Shown here: positions 47,313 through 57,352 of the stretch, in pieces | Numbering within the stretch: the stretch's first letter is position 1 | How the letters are laid out: the number at the start of each line of letters is the position of its first letter | From: a virus | Lineage: Duplodnaviria; Caudoviricetes | Length of the DNA: 64,000 bases | Strand: one strand, 5' to 3' | Virus record (IMG/VR): IMGVR_UViG_3300035691_000004 | Coordinates: 877 to 64,876 of that record | Made by a program: the position numbers and the translations under genes | The notes under the pieces: generated by a model | Seen by the model: only the letters and a program-made list of their open reading frames with translations | Database searches by the model: none | What the model was told of the DNA's origin: nothing

Positions 47313-48212
47313 ATGACCGACGTTCTGAGTAAGCTCCCCCGGCTTTCTTGGCGGGGAGGGGAGTATCCGCTCGTCACGCGGTCGGTGAATTTCGCCCACG
47401 AGCAGGCCGAGCACCAATTCCAGTTCCACGACGGCCAGATCATCGAGCGCACGGGCGCGAAGAACTGGACCTTCAGCTACACGATCCCGTTCCGTCAGGA
47501 CATCGCAAAAGGCCCATACAAGAATCTGTTCAGCGAAGGATACCTGGCGTTCGTGCTGGCATGCCGTGACCGCACGCCGGATGAGCTGATCGATCCGGTG
47601 CTCGGCACCTTCCGCGCCGTCTGCACCTCGTTCACCGAGGACATGGACGTCAACAAGCGCGATGGTACTGACGTTCGCGTAGAGTTCCTACATTCGCCGG
47701 AGATCGACGATCCGGCGATTGGTCAGCTGCAAGGCGGCCTGCTTGGCGTGAGCGGCATCGCTGGCGACGCGGCTGAGCTAGATCAGCAGCTCAAGGTGAC
47801 GCCGTGGACCGCGCAAGTCCCATCGCCCGAGCCGACGACGGACCCACTTTCGGCGATCTCCGGTTTCGGTCAGCAGATCGTCAATCAGGGCAACAAAGCA
47901 AGCGCCGCGCTCGACAACATTGCCTATAAGGCCGAGCTCGTCGAGCAGTCCGCCGACCGTCTCGAAGACCCGAACAGCTTCCAGCTCAAGCGCTCTAGCC
48001 GCCGAGTGCAAGCATCCGCGCTGCGCTTGAAAGACCGAATCGAAAACCCCGAGCGCCGGATCCTGCGCGTGACACTTGCCTACGGCAAGAGCCTCTCTCA
48101 GGTCGCATCCGATGCCGGCATGACCGTGGAGCAGCTGATCACGCTGAACCCGAGCATCGCGGGGCGGCCGATCATTCCCGGAGGCACGACTCTCGGCGTG
48201 TTCCAGAAGTGA
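47313..48212 (+). CDS. Mu-like DNA circularization/tail protein with C-terminal LysM
   Basis: SWRG.EYP...F.HE..EH.F; SLSQVA...LITLNP. Confidence 0.8.
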   Translation: MTDVLSKLPRLSWRGGEYPLVTRSVNFAHEQAEHQFQFHDGQIIERTGAKNWTFSYTIPFRQDIAKGPYKNLFSEGYLAFVLACRDRTPDELIDPVLGTFRAVCTSFTEDMDVNKRDGTDVRVEFLHSPEIDDPAIGQLQGGLLGVSGIAGDAAELDQQLKVTPWTAQVPSPEPTTDPLSAISGFGQQIVNQGNKASAALDNIAYKAELVEQSADRLEDPNSFQLKRSSRRVQASALRLKDRIENPERRILRVTLAYGKSLSQVASDAGMTVEQLITLNPSIAGRPIIPGGTTLGVFQK

Positions 48213-49423
48213 GCACTGCGCCCACCGATCCAAGTCTCACGGTGCGCTTCCCGTTGCTCCCTGAGCGCAACACGAGCCGCGTCACGAGCTACACCCTCAA
48301 GGCCGCTTACACGACCAGCACGGACGGATTCGAGTTCGAGCTCTACGATACTGACCATTCGAAGCTTTTCGGGCTCGAAATGCAGCCGGTGGAGCTGCTC
48401 ATCAACGGCAAGTCGCAGCTGATTGGCCGTATCGACTCGACAGAGATCGGTGGGAACGGATCGGCCGTCACGTGCCGTGGTCGCGACTACCTGGCCGATC
48501 TCGTCGAGTGCAACGTAGACCCGACCGCGATCGTCACGGCGAGCATGGATCTCGGGCAAGCGATCTTGCTAGTCGCTGCTCCGGTTGGCATTCAGACTGT
48601 TTTCGCCGATGACGGCCAGCTGATCCGCAACGTGCGCTCTGGCGCCTTCCCCGCCCGCAGGAAGCCGAGCAAGAAGCGCCACAAGCAAAAAGTCACCGAC
48701 TACGCACCGAAGCCAGGTGAAGGCATCTTCGAATACCTGAATCGCTTGGTGGCGAGACAGGGCGCGACGCTGCAACCCGCCGGAGACCGCAAGAGCCTAG
48801 TTGTAGATGAGCCCTGTTTCGATCAGGATTCGCTCTATCAGCTGAGTCGCAGCGATGACCCCGGCACTTCCGTCGGCAACAACATCATTGAGGCCACGGC
48901 CTCACGCGACTGGTCGAGCTTCCCGACGTACACGCTCTTCAGCAACAAGGCTGGCGATGCGGGTACTGACAAGAGCGGCATCTCATCGACCAAGGATATT
49001 TTCCAGGTAGCGGCCGGCTCCCAGGAGCTGCTCGACATCATCGGGCGCTCGACGCTGAGCGGACGCTGGAAACCGACCGACAAGTCACCGATCACCGACG
49101 GCCAGCTCTATCGGCTGCTCTATCACCGAGACGCCGATAGTCGCTCACAAGAGCAGATCGACAACGCCGTAGCTCGCGCGATCGCCGAGCGGTTCAAAGA
49201 AACGCTGCGCTACTCAGTCACGCTGCGCGGCCACGCCGACCCGAAGACGGGCGCCATCTGGGCGATCGATACGCTCGTCGACGTGGCGGACGCGATCTGC
49301 GGCGTGAATGAGACGCTCTGGATTCACTCGCGTGAGTTCTCGTACTCGCCTCAGCAAGGCGCGACCACCAAGCTCGAATGCTGGCGCCCGCACTCCTTCA
49401 CTATCGGTTCCGATAATGGCTAA
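48209..49423 (+). CDS. Baseplate hub (Mu gp44-like)
   Basis: GRID, CRGRDYLADLVEC, PGE.IFEYL.R. Confidence 0.85.
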   Translation: MSTAPTDPSLTVRFPLLPERNTSRVTSYTLKAAYTTSTDGFEFELYDTDHSKLFGLEMQPVELLINGKSQLIGRIDSTEIGGNGSAVTCRGRDYLADLVECNVDPTAIVTASMDLGQAILLVAAPVGIQTVFADDGQLIRNVRSGAFPARRKPSKKRHKQKVTDYAPKPGEGIFEYLNRLVARQGATLQPAGDRKSLVVDEPCFDQDSLYQLSRSDDPGTSVGNNIIEATASRDWSSFPTYTLFSNKAGDAGTDKSGISSTKDIFQVAAGSQELLDIIGRSTLSGRWKPTDKSPITDGQLYRLLYHRDADSRSQEQIDNAVARAIAERFKETLRYSVTLRGHADPKTGAIWAIDTLVDVADAICGVNETLWIHSREFSYSPQQGATTKLECWRPHSFTIGSDNG

Positions 49424-50075
49424 CCTAGAAGCGCTAACGTTGAGCGGGGCGAAGCTCGAGAACGGCGTTCCGACGGTCACGCCGGTAGACCCGATCACGA
49501 ACTCAGCAGAGGACGTCGCCACATTCGGCAAGGTCGAGATACAGTGCGCGCTCGGCGTCTCTGCGGTGCCAGCCGCCGCCGACGAAAAAGGCCAGGCGCA
49601 AGGCATTGCCGCCATGGGCGTGGGTGGCGCGAACGCGACCTGCATTAGTGGCATCGATCGGCGCAATGCCGACATCTACGGCAACCTGAAGCCGGGTGAT
49701 ACGGCACTGCATCCGACGGGGCCGAACGCCAGCGGCCTCGTGCTTTGCAAGGCCGACAAGAGGCAGATCGTGCTCGCCCAGAAGGGGAGCGACGACAAGC
49801 AGATCCTCGTCGCGCTCGACGGGAAGAACGACAAGCTGACACTCACTGCATTCGGCTACGTCGTCGAGATTTCGCGCGAGGACGGCATCAACCTCACTTC
49901 CAATAGCGGGAAGGCGGGGATTCAGCTCAAGGACGACATCGGTTGTCTCTATGGATCTTGGCAGTACGGGCGCGAGCCGAATCCGACGCTCGCGATCATG
50001 CTGGGGCCGCTCACTGGATCTCCAGGCGGACCGGCATCCGCTCCGCTCGTGCCGCTCAAGGGCTTTGGCGTGTGA
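49416..50075 (+). CDS. Baseplate spike (Mu gp45-like)
   Basis: LG..A.P, D.R...LKPGDTALH. Confidence 0.7.
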   Translation: MANLEALTLSGAKLENGVPTVTPVDPITNSAEDVATFGKVEIQCALGVSAVPAAADEKGQAQGIAAMGVGGANATCISGIDRRNADIYGNLKPGDTALHPTGPNASGLVLCKADKRQIVLAQKGSDDKQILVALDGKNDKLTLTAFGYVVEISREDGINLTSNSGKAGIQLKDDIGCLYGSWQYGREPNPTLAIMLGPLTGSPGGPASAPLVPLKGFGV

Positions 50076-50380
50076 CGCTCTGCAACTTCGCGCTCCCTAC
50101 GATCGCTATTCCGTTTCCCTCGCTCACGCTGCCAAGCCTGCCAAGGATCCCAGTATTCACGCTCGACATCGACCTTCCGGGCTTGCCCGCACTTCCCTCG
50201 ATCGAAATTCCTTTTCCTTCGCTGACCCTGCCGGCGATTCCGAGGCTGCCCGTGTTCACGCTCGACGTTGACCTACCCGGGCTACCTGGCTTGCCGTCGA
50301 TCCAGATTCCGTTCCCCTCGCTCACGCTCCCTTCACTGCCGAAAATACCGGCATTCTCTCTCGTCTGCCCTCTCGACTGA
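50072..50380 (+). CDS. Pro/Leu-rich protein with about three 33-aa repeats
   Basis: LP.I.IPFPSLTLP..P..PVFTLD.DLPGLP units; GTGA overlap. Confidence 0.7.
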   Translation: MTLCNFALPTIAIPFPSLTLPSLPRIPVFTLDIDLPGLPALPSIEIPFPSLTLPAIPRLPVFTLDVDLPGLPGLPSIQIPFPSLTLPSLPKIPAFSLVCPLD

Positions 50381-50387
50381 CACTACC

Positions 50388-50834
50388 ATGGCCGGCGCAG
50401 GACTAGCACCCGCAGGACTTTTCCCTGCAGGCTTTGGAACGGGCGACGACGCGCCTGTCCCGCCTTCTGGCGCCTGGGGCTCGCGGTATATCAACCCCAG
50501 CACCGGTGATTACGAGCAGGACGATAGCACGCGCCAACTCAAGCAGATGCCGGCGGTGCGCCAGCGTTTCTTGCTGCGCCTGAAGACGCGCCGCGGATCG
50601 AGCTCGGTGCGCCCAAATGACGGCGTGATGCTGCCAGACAAGATTGATGCGAGCTTCCCCAAGCGCGTGGACGATGCCGTGCGTACCGCCATGCGTCAGG
50701 AGACTGACGTCGAAAAGGTGGCGCGCATCGACGCCGTCACGGTTGCGCGTGTAGCCGGCAACAGCGGGCGCGTGATCGTGACCGTCGAATTCACGGACCT
50801 CACTACCGGCCAGGCCGACAAGGTATCGTTCTAG
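50388..50834 (+). CDS. Baseplate wedge (gp25/Mu gp46-like)
   Basis: QRFLLRLKTRRGS; upstream of baseplate J. Confidence 0.7.
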   Translation: MAGAGLAPAGLFPAGFGTGDDAPVPPSGAWGSRYINPSTGDYEQDDSTRQLKQMPAVRQRFLLRLKTRRGSSSVRPNDGVMLPDKIDASFPKRVDDAVRTAMRQETDVEKVARIDAVTVARVAGNSGRVIVTVEFTDLTTGQADKVSF

Positions 50835-52375
50835 TGGCTACACCCCAAGTCGGAAAAATGTGGCAGCCGAGCGGCGCCCAGGAGATCAAGAACGATTTCC
50901 TGGATGACCTGTTCCTCTGCGCGCGCGCGAACGGCGTCGCCGATCCGCCCGTGCAGCCCGGTACGGACTGGGACGCATTGGCGACCGCGGTGGCGAACTG
51001 TCAGCTGCTCCAATACGCGAACAGCCGAATCGCCGAGGACAATACCGACGTCAACACTGCGCAGGGCGAGAAGCTTGAGCAGAAGCGGAAGGAGTTCGGG
51101 GTTCCGCCTCAGAACCCGCTGCCGAGCTCGGGGAAGATTCAGGTGCGCGTCAATGGCTCGGGTACTATCCCGGCCGGACGGCAGCTAACGCTACCCAATG
51201 GGCTTCGGCTTCAAACGGTCAGCTTGGCGACGGTGCTCGATAAGGACGAGATCGACGTAATTGCGATCGATGTCGGCACCGGCACGAATGCAAAGGCCGG
51301 AACCAAGGTCCAATTCATCTCGGCGCCGCTGAATGTCCAGCAAGAGGCGACAGTCAGCACCAAGTTTCCGCTGACGGGTGGACTAGACGTCGAAAGCGAC
51401 CCGGCCAAACGCAAGCGTATTCTCGACCGGCTCAAGTACCAGCCGGACGGCGCAAACTGGGGTGCGCTGCGCGAGAAGGCCAAAGGGGCACTCGGCTCAA
51501 TCCGCGACGCGTTCGTGCACCCGGCTCTCGGCGGCCCAGCGTCGGTCAAGGTCGTGATCGTAAAGAAGACGGATCCGGCCGCGCTCGACTTTTCACAGGT
51601 GCCAACCGATGGACAGGTCAACATCGTCCGCGCCGCGGTGCAGGCCAGCAACTCAAGCGCCGACCAAATTATCGTGCAAGCGGTGGCCGAGCAGGCGCTC
51701 GACATGGTGCTGATCATGTCGTTGCCTGACTCGTCGCTCGCTGGCGGCAACGGGCTCGGGTGGCTCGACCAGAATCCGTGGCCGCAACTCGAGAATCTTG
51801 ATGAGAACCGCGTTACCGTGTCCGCGGTCGACGGCGCATCGAACGGTACAAAGATCACGGTGACGGCGCAGACCGCGGTATCGCCAGTGGTTGGCCAAAC
51901 GCGAATCGCCTGGTGGAGTCCGCAAGATCTCCAGTTCAGAATCTTCACCGTTACCGCTGTCACGGGCTCCGCCGGGGCATGGGTGATCACGCTCGACAAG
52001 CCGCTCATCGATTCGACGGGCGCGCTCGTACAAGTCGGCAACTACATCTCGCCGCCGAGTGAGCGCCTCAAGGATTACGGCACGGAGTGGCTCGCGCAAA
52101 TGTCCACGCTCGGGCCCGGCGAGAACACGGCCGACGCCGCGCGTTTGCCCCGCTCGCTGCGCCACCCCTACGTGACCGTCGAGAGCGCGAGCTATCCAGC
52201 GTTTGCTCAACTCGATGGGATCAAAGCGAAGTTTCCAGAGATCGTGACGATCGGATACGGCCAGTTCCTGCTCGTGCCGACGGTAGCTTTCCTCGATCCG
52301 CCTGACGTTCCTGCCTCTGTCGACACCGCTCCTAGCATCTTCGCGATCCGAAACTTCGGTATCTACAAGTTCTGA
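50834..52375 (+). CDS. Baseplate J-like protein
   Basis: TAQGEKLE, GG.D.ESD...R.RIL, G.ASVKVVI. Confidence 0.88.
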   Translation: MATPQVGKMWQPSGAQEIKNDFLDDLFLCARANGVADPPVQPGTDWDALATAVANCQLLQYANSRIAEDNTDVNTAQGEKLEQKRKEFGVPPQNPLPSSGKIQVRVNGSGTIPAGRQLTLPNGLRLQTVSLATVLDKDEIDVIAIDVGTGTNAKAGTKVQFISAPLNVQQEATVSTKFPLTGGLDVESDPAKRKRILDRLKYQPDGANWGALREKAKGALGSIRDAFVHPALGGPASVKVVIVKKTDPAALDFSQVPTDGQVNIVRAAVQASNSSADQIIVQAVAEQALDMVLIMSLPDSSLAGGNGLGWLDQNPWPQLENLDENRVTVSAVDGASNGTKITVTAQTAVSPVVGQTRIAWWSPQDLQFRIFTVTAVTGSAGAWVITLDKPLIDSTGALVQVGNYISPPSERLKDYGTEWLAQMSTLGPGENTADAARLPRSLRHPYVTVESASYPAFAQLDGIKAKFPEIVTIGYGQFLLVPTVAFLDPPDVPASVDTAPSIFAIRNFGIYKF

Positions 52376-52378
52376 ACC

Positions 52379-52930
52379 ATGGCGATCACACCTACCGGCG
52401 TCCCGCCCTGGCTGCGGCAAAACAACTTCTCGAGCTACGGCGGCAACGTCAACAAGCGTAACTTCGCTAGCCGCGGGCTTATAAACGCGAAGACTGACGT
52501 TGGGGCAGAGGCGTTTTCTCGCCTTGCCGCCGACATGGCCGCGTGTGCGCTTACCGCCGAATTCGGGCAGTTCACGATCCTCTGCAACGACTCAGCGCCT
52601 GCTGCGCCTACAGTCGAGTACGCCTCGATGATGACCGGGCTACGAGCCACGAGCTATGCGGGGGACGCGCCGCCTACCGGCTTCCCCTCCGTGGCGCGCA
52701 ACGGCAACGGCGACTTCACGATCACCTTCGTGTCGAGCTACGCGGATCCTTACGGGGTCACGGGTGCGTTTGCCATCAAGCACCCGAACGCGACCCTTCA
52801 CGGCTCGACGGCGGGAGAGCCCACGGTCGAGATCGTCACCGCGACCACATTGCGTGTCCGCGCATTCACGGCCGCCGGAGCGGCGATCTCCAACGCCCGC
52901 GTGACCGTATCCGTGGGGAGCGGGCAGTAA
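52379..52930 (+). CDS. Baseplate/tail protein
   Basis: Synteny. Confidence 0.6.
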   Translation: MAITPTGVPPWLRQNNFSSYGGNVNKRNFASRGLINAKTDVGAEAFSRLAADMAACALTAEFGQFTILCNDSAPAAPTVEYASMMTGLRATSYAGDAPPTGFPSVARNGNGDFTITFVSSYADPYGVTGAFAIKHPNATLHGSTAGEPTVEIVTATTLRVRAFTAAGAAISNARVTVSVGSGQ

Positions 52931-52931
52931 G

Positions 52932-54068
52932 GTGGTCTGGGGCGCGTGGGGCCCGCTGCCGCTCAGGCTTGGACCAGACCCCGAGCAGGGATGGGACGCG
53001 GCCGAGCAGTCGCGCATGGCTGCCGACCTGGCCGCCATCAAGCGCACGATGCCGCTCGCGCGGGTGACGATCGTCGGTGGCGTGATCACGGCTTATGTCG
53101 GGCAGCATGGCACAGGCCTCGGCAGTGCCCCCACCATCGTCACTTCGGGTACGCCTACCTATCAGCTCAAGTGGGAAGATTCCTATGCGGATTGGTCCGA
53201 GACCGTCTACCCGTGGCGCATCCGGCACGCGCGTCTCACGACTCTCGGAGCGACGAAGCAGGACTTCTCGGTGACGCTCTACCCGTCCGCCGGCATCGAC
53301 GTGGAGATCACGATCGTGGGCGGGAACGACGTCGAGCTCACGATCTACGGCGAGTGGCTGCCGGAGCGCCAGATTGGCGACTACGACGGCGCAACCGACA
53401 AGGAAAACAGCCAGACCGAGGGAAACTCCAGCTACTTCTATGACTGGTTTCTCGAGATGCAGGCCATGCGCGGGTCGGCTTACTCGAAGGGTTTGGGATT
53501 CGTGGACGCCGAAAACTTCGCGATCGCTCGCCAGCTAGGCGCAGTCTCTAGAAACTTCGAAAAGCTCGAAGCGAATGCGATGCCAGGAACGAGCGATGAA
53601 AAGCTCGAATCTTGGCTCGACATACTCGGCATTCCGATTCGGAGAGCGAGCGAGCGCTGGCGCTCACGACAGGCCGCAGAGGCGAAGATGCGCGCGGCTG
53701 CGAGCCGAAACAACCCGGCTAACATCGACGATGCCGTGCGCGACTTGCTGGGCGACGCATTCATTGCTGCGCACCGTAACTGGGACAACGCGCTGAGCTC
53801 GCCGCCCGCGATCACCTTCTGGCCAACGATCAACCCGGGTCCCGCAGCCTACAACATTGGCGGCGGATGCTGGACTAGCGAACGAGCTCACTATTGGGTG
53901 GAAGTCAAGCAGCCCACGCACATGAGTGATGCCGACTTCAAAAGACTCATCAACGTGGACTTGTTCGCGCTGCTCGATCTGCGTCTGCCGGCGACTTGTA
54001 CGTTCGGCGTGGCGACATCTGACGGGTTCCTGCTCGACATCTCACAATTGGATTTCACCGGACTATGA
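52932..54068 (+). CDS. Baseplate I/gp48-like protein with N-terminal extension
   Basis: P.TS.EKLESW..ILG, LPA.CTF. Confidence 0.7.
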   Translation: MVWGAWGPLPLRLGPDPEQGWDAAEQSRMAADLAAIKRTMPLARVTIVGGVITAYVGQHGTGLGSAPTIVTSGTPTYQLKWEDSYADWSETVYPWRIRHARLTTLGATKQDFSVTLYPSAGIDVEITIVGGNDVELTIYGEWLPERQIGDYDGATDKENSQTEGNSSYFYDWFLEMQAMRGSAYSKGLGFVDAENFAIARQLGAVSRNFEKLEANAMPGTSDEKLESWLDILGIPIRRASERWRSRQAAEAKMRAAASRNNPANIDDAVRDLLGDAFIAAHRNWDNALSSPPAITFWPTINPGPAAYNIGGGCWTSERAHYWVEVKQPTHMSDADFKRLINVDLFALLDLRLPATCTFGVATSDGFLLDISQLDFTGL

Positions 54069-55165
54069 CCAGCTCCGTCAACCTCTTCACCGATCCGAAG
54101 CCAGGTAACTACCTGTCCGGCGAGCGTCTGCCAAAGGATGCCGCCAACGACATCCTGGCCGGACTCCGGCAGTTCAAGCGCGCCAGCCAAGGGCACGCTG
54201 CCTGCAACTGGCTGCCCACCGTCACGATTGCCGCTGGCGGCGCCACAGTGACCGGCATGGCCTACGACGACAAGCTCGGCATGTGGGCGGCATGCTGGTC
54301 CGCGGCAGGAGTCCCGGCCGTAAAGACCAGCAACGGCGGACAACTCTGGACGAGTCGCACTCTATCGATCGGCTCGAACTTCACTAGCCCGATCCTGTGC
54401 AGCAACAACAACGGCCTGTTCGTGATGGGATGTAGATCGCTCGGCGGCGCGACCGCGTCCAAATACATGACCAGCGCCGATGGCATCACCTGGACGACAC
54501 GCACAAGTTCGGATAGCACGACCGATGCCGCGCGCACCATCATCTGGGTTCCGTTCCTCTCGCTCTTCATTGCGACGCTTGGCACGAGCAAGATCGAAAC
54601 GTCGCCCGATGGCGTCACGTGGACGGCGCGCACGTGCCCAATCACCACCTTTCTAGGGACCGGAGGAGCCGATAACGGCTCGAATCTGGTGGTGCTCGCC
54701 GGCGGTTCGGACGGTGCAAACATCAAGTGCACGACCTCACCGGATGGCATCAACTGGACCGCGCGCACGTTCAATGCCGGCACGGGAAACCCGATGCGCG
54801 GCATCGTCTATAGCGCGAGCGACGGCTACTTCTATGCGGTGTCAGATGGTGTATCGGGTGGCATTCCCTGGAAGTCGCTCGACGCTTCTAGTACCTGGAC
54901 TTCTCTCGGTGGTGCAGGCTCGCCGCCATTACTGTTCCCGTCATCCGTGAACCCGTCCTCTGATTCCCTGATCGAGGTGGGCGGCGCGCTGATCGCGACC
55001 TACACAACTGGCGCGGTTGCCTTCTACGCTGTGTCATATGACTCGGGCGTCACGTGGATCCGAGCGCTCAACGTGTCATGCGCGGGCGCGGGCTTCGTGT
55101 TCGGCAATGGGCGCCGCGCAATAGCGGCTTCTGTTGACGTTGTGTCGGTAGGCGCATCGCTCTGA
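54065..55165 (+). CDS. Tail fibre/receptor-binding protein with BNR (Asp-box) repeats
   Basis: Repeated S.DG.TWT.R. Confidence 0.75.
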   Translation: MTSSVNLFTDPKPGNYLSGERLPKDAANDILAGLRQFKRASQGHAACNWLPTVTIAAGGATVTGMAYDDKLGMWAACWSAAGVPAVKTSNGGQLWTSRTLSIGSNFTSPILCSNNNGLFVMGCRSLGGATASKYMTSADGITWTTRTSSDSTTDAARTIIWVPFLSLFIATLGTSKIETSPDGVTWTARTCPITTFLGTGGADNGSNLVVLAGGSDGANIKCTTSPDGINWTARTFNAGTGNPMRGIVYSASDGYFYAVSDGVSGGIPWKSLDASSTWTSLGGAGSPPLLFPSSVNPSSDSLIEVGGALIATYTTGAVAFYAVSYDSGVTWIRALNVSCAGAGFVFGNGRRAIAASVDVVSVGASL

Positions 55166-55166
55166 C

Positions 55167-56273
55167 ATGTCCACCACGATCACCGCGACCCCCGCCTACC
55201 CGGTCGCCAATACCCCGGTCATCATCGGCTTCTCGACGGCCAGCGGCAACTTCGTCAAGGCGTATTACACGGACGCGCCGATCGGCAGCAAGGTCAAGAC
55301 CGAGCTTCTGAAGACGAAGGCGAGCCGAATCGCTGCGTTCACGAGCGACGCCGGCAAGACCGTGACGCTTACGCCCGAGCTACCGGGCGTCTACACGTTC
55401 ACGATCGAGGAGTTCACCAAGGGCGCGAGCTCGCATGGCGGCGCCTACCAGGACGACCCTGCGGGCTTTCAGACCGAGACGCTGCTGTCCACGACGACGG
55501 GCATCACGCTCAGCGTCGGGCAGAAGGTCACGCAGCGGGTCGGGACGGGGCCGGACACGGCAACGCTCACGCTGTTCATCGTCGAGGCGACGGTTCGCCG
55601 CTCGACCGAGGAACTACACGGCTTCACGTCACCGCTCATCAGCGACGCGAAGACGGGCAAGGCCGAGACCGCCATGCTGAATACGGCGATCGTGGCGGCG
55701 GTGGACGCGCTGGCGGACGTGACGGTAGCCACGATGCTTGGTAGCCCATCAACCGTCCTCGACGATCTAATAACCAAGTTCGACGCGCATCTCACGCAGG
55801 CAACGGTCCACGACTCGAACGACACCGACAACGCAGTGAGCAGCGCATTCTCGTCGCCCACGACGCCCGTCGGCATGCAGAACACGGCGACAGAGCTGCT
55901 ACGGCGACTCCGCTGGCACATGCGCAACGACGACGGCGCGGGCGGCGGCGTGGGTAGCAAGGTCTACCACAAGACAGGCGGGGTGAATCATGCCGACTGG
56001 GTTAACGTGCTCCTCGTCAGCGCCGCAGGAGACATCCGGGACACGATCGTCGCCATCGCAGATCTCTGGCGCGCGTACGAGGCGCACCGCGTGAGCACGG
56101 CTGTGCATACGAACGCCGACAATACGAACTCGCTTACAGCCCTTCCGGCGCTACTCAATATTCACCGGCTCTTCCTGGCCGAGCTCCAAAAGTACGGACC
56201 GACGGCGCCGGCATCCGTGAACGCAGGCGTTACCACGCTGATCCATGGCGCTGGATTCGAAGAGGCAAACTGA
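55167..56273 (+). CDS. Structural/tail protein
   Basis: 368 aa, Thr-rich. Confidence 0.6.
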   Translation: MSTTITATPAYPVANTPVIIGFSTASGNFVKAYYTDAPIGSKVKTELLKTKASRIAAFTSDAGKTVTLTPELPGVYTFTIEEFTKGASSHGGAYQDDPAGFQTETLLSTTTGITLSVGQKVTQRVGTGPDTATLTLFIVEATVRRSTEELHGFTSPLISDAKTGKAETAMLNTAIVAAVDALADVTVATMLGSPSTVLDDLITKFDAHLTQATVHDSNDTDNAVSSAFSSPTTPVGMQNTATELLRRLRWHMRNDDGAGGGVGSKVYHKTGGVNHADWVNVLLVSAAGDIRDTIVAIADLWRAYEAHRVSTAVHTNADNTNSLTALPALLNIHRLFLAELQKYGPTAPASVNAGVTTLIHGAGFEEAN

Positions 56274-57037
56274 TGGCGATCGACGCAACCTTCACGGTCA
56301 ATGGGAACGCGGTGAGCGGAGCGATGGCCGTTGCCGCTGGCTCCGCCGTCACGCTGGCCGTCTCGAATACGAGTGGGATCAATCTCGTGTCCTGGTCGGT
56401 GGTCGGCACCGATCGTGCTTCGCACGCTAGCCCGACGATCACCGCCTCCGGCTCGCCGCCGGGTGCGAGCGCTTCGTTTACGATGCCCGCGGACGCCGGC
56501 GATGGCCTCGGGCAGGGCTACATCATTCAGGCGATAGCTACCGACGGCGGAAGCCCTGCTCAGACTTCGACGTTCAGCGCCGTGATCGGTGTGGCAAGCG
56601 CGAACGGGATCGTTCCTATCGCGGCCGACGAAGAAAGCGAGCGCGGCACCCATGGTTGGATTGAGGCCATAAATAGCCTGATGAGCGGCGCCGAGCCGCG
56701 CGTCAGCGGCATCGCAACAACGACGGACGCTACTACCACTACCGTGCATAGCGTCTCGTTCACGTTGGGCAAGATCTATCGGATGAACATCCGCTGGGTC
56801 GGCCGTCGCACGGATGGTTTGCAAGTGGCGGCGCGCGAGTCCCAGGTATGGGTGGACAATCTCTCTGGCACGCCGGCTCAGCTCGGCGCGACCGTCGACC
56901 TGCTAGCTAGCGCAAAGACGGACGCGACCTGGGGAGCCATGGATTTCGTGATAGGTCCGACAATGGCGATTCGCATCGCCGGCAAAGCCTCGACGAACAT
57001 CAACTGGTACGTGTCCTATAGCCTGCAGACGTATTGA
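56273..57037 (+). CDS. Structural/tail protein
   Basis: 254 aa, TGATG coupling. Confidence 0.6.
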   Translation: MAIDATFTVNGNAVSGAMAVAAGSAVTLAVSNTSGINLVSWSVVGTDRASHASPTITASGSPPGASASFTMPADAGDGLGQGYIIQAIATDGGSPAQTSTFSAVIGVASANGIVPIAADEESERGTHGWIEAINSLMSGAEPRVSGIATTTDATTTTVHSVSFTLGKIYRMNIRWVGRRTDGLQVAARESQVWVDNLSGTPAQLGATVDLLASAKTDATWGAMDFVIGPTMAIRIAGKASTNINWYVSYSLQTY

Positions 57038-57151
57038 GCGCGCCACGCGTGCTCAACCGCTCGTTCTTGGTGCCCGTCAAACGACTCTAGCCCCGCTCGG
57101 CCCACGCTCGGGCCATCTCCCCGCGCTCCCTGAGCGCCAAGGCACACCTCC

Positions 57152-57352
57152 ATGCGCTGGATCCCCGTCACCGAGTCTCTGCCCGACACGCGCCGCGAGG
57201 TGTTCGTTCTCGACGACTCCAACGGTGAGATCGACGTCGCCCAATACCTCGGCCCCGACCTCGGCTGGACCCGCACAACCTCATGCTCGCACTGCGAGTC
57301 CGCTCTCTACCCGGTGACGCACTGGTGTGCTCCTCCCGAAAGACCTGAGTGA
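57152..57352 (+). CDS. DUF551-like small protein
   Basis: WIPVTESLP ... VTHW. Confidence 0.65.
   Translation: MRWIPVTESLPDTRREVFVLDDSNGEIDVAQYLGPDLGWTRTTSCSHCESALYPVTHWCAPPERPE

Noticed and set aside
46886-47429. Overlapping opposite-strand ORFs between the lipoprotein and 47313 genes
   Set aside because: Could not decide which, if either, is real; no motif support
40184-54068. eCIS, tailocin or T6SS locus
   Set aside because: Linked to terminase, portal, capsid and integrase, so it is a phage tail
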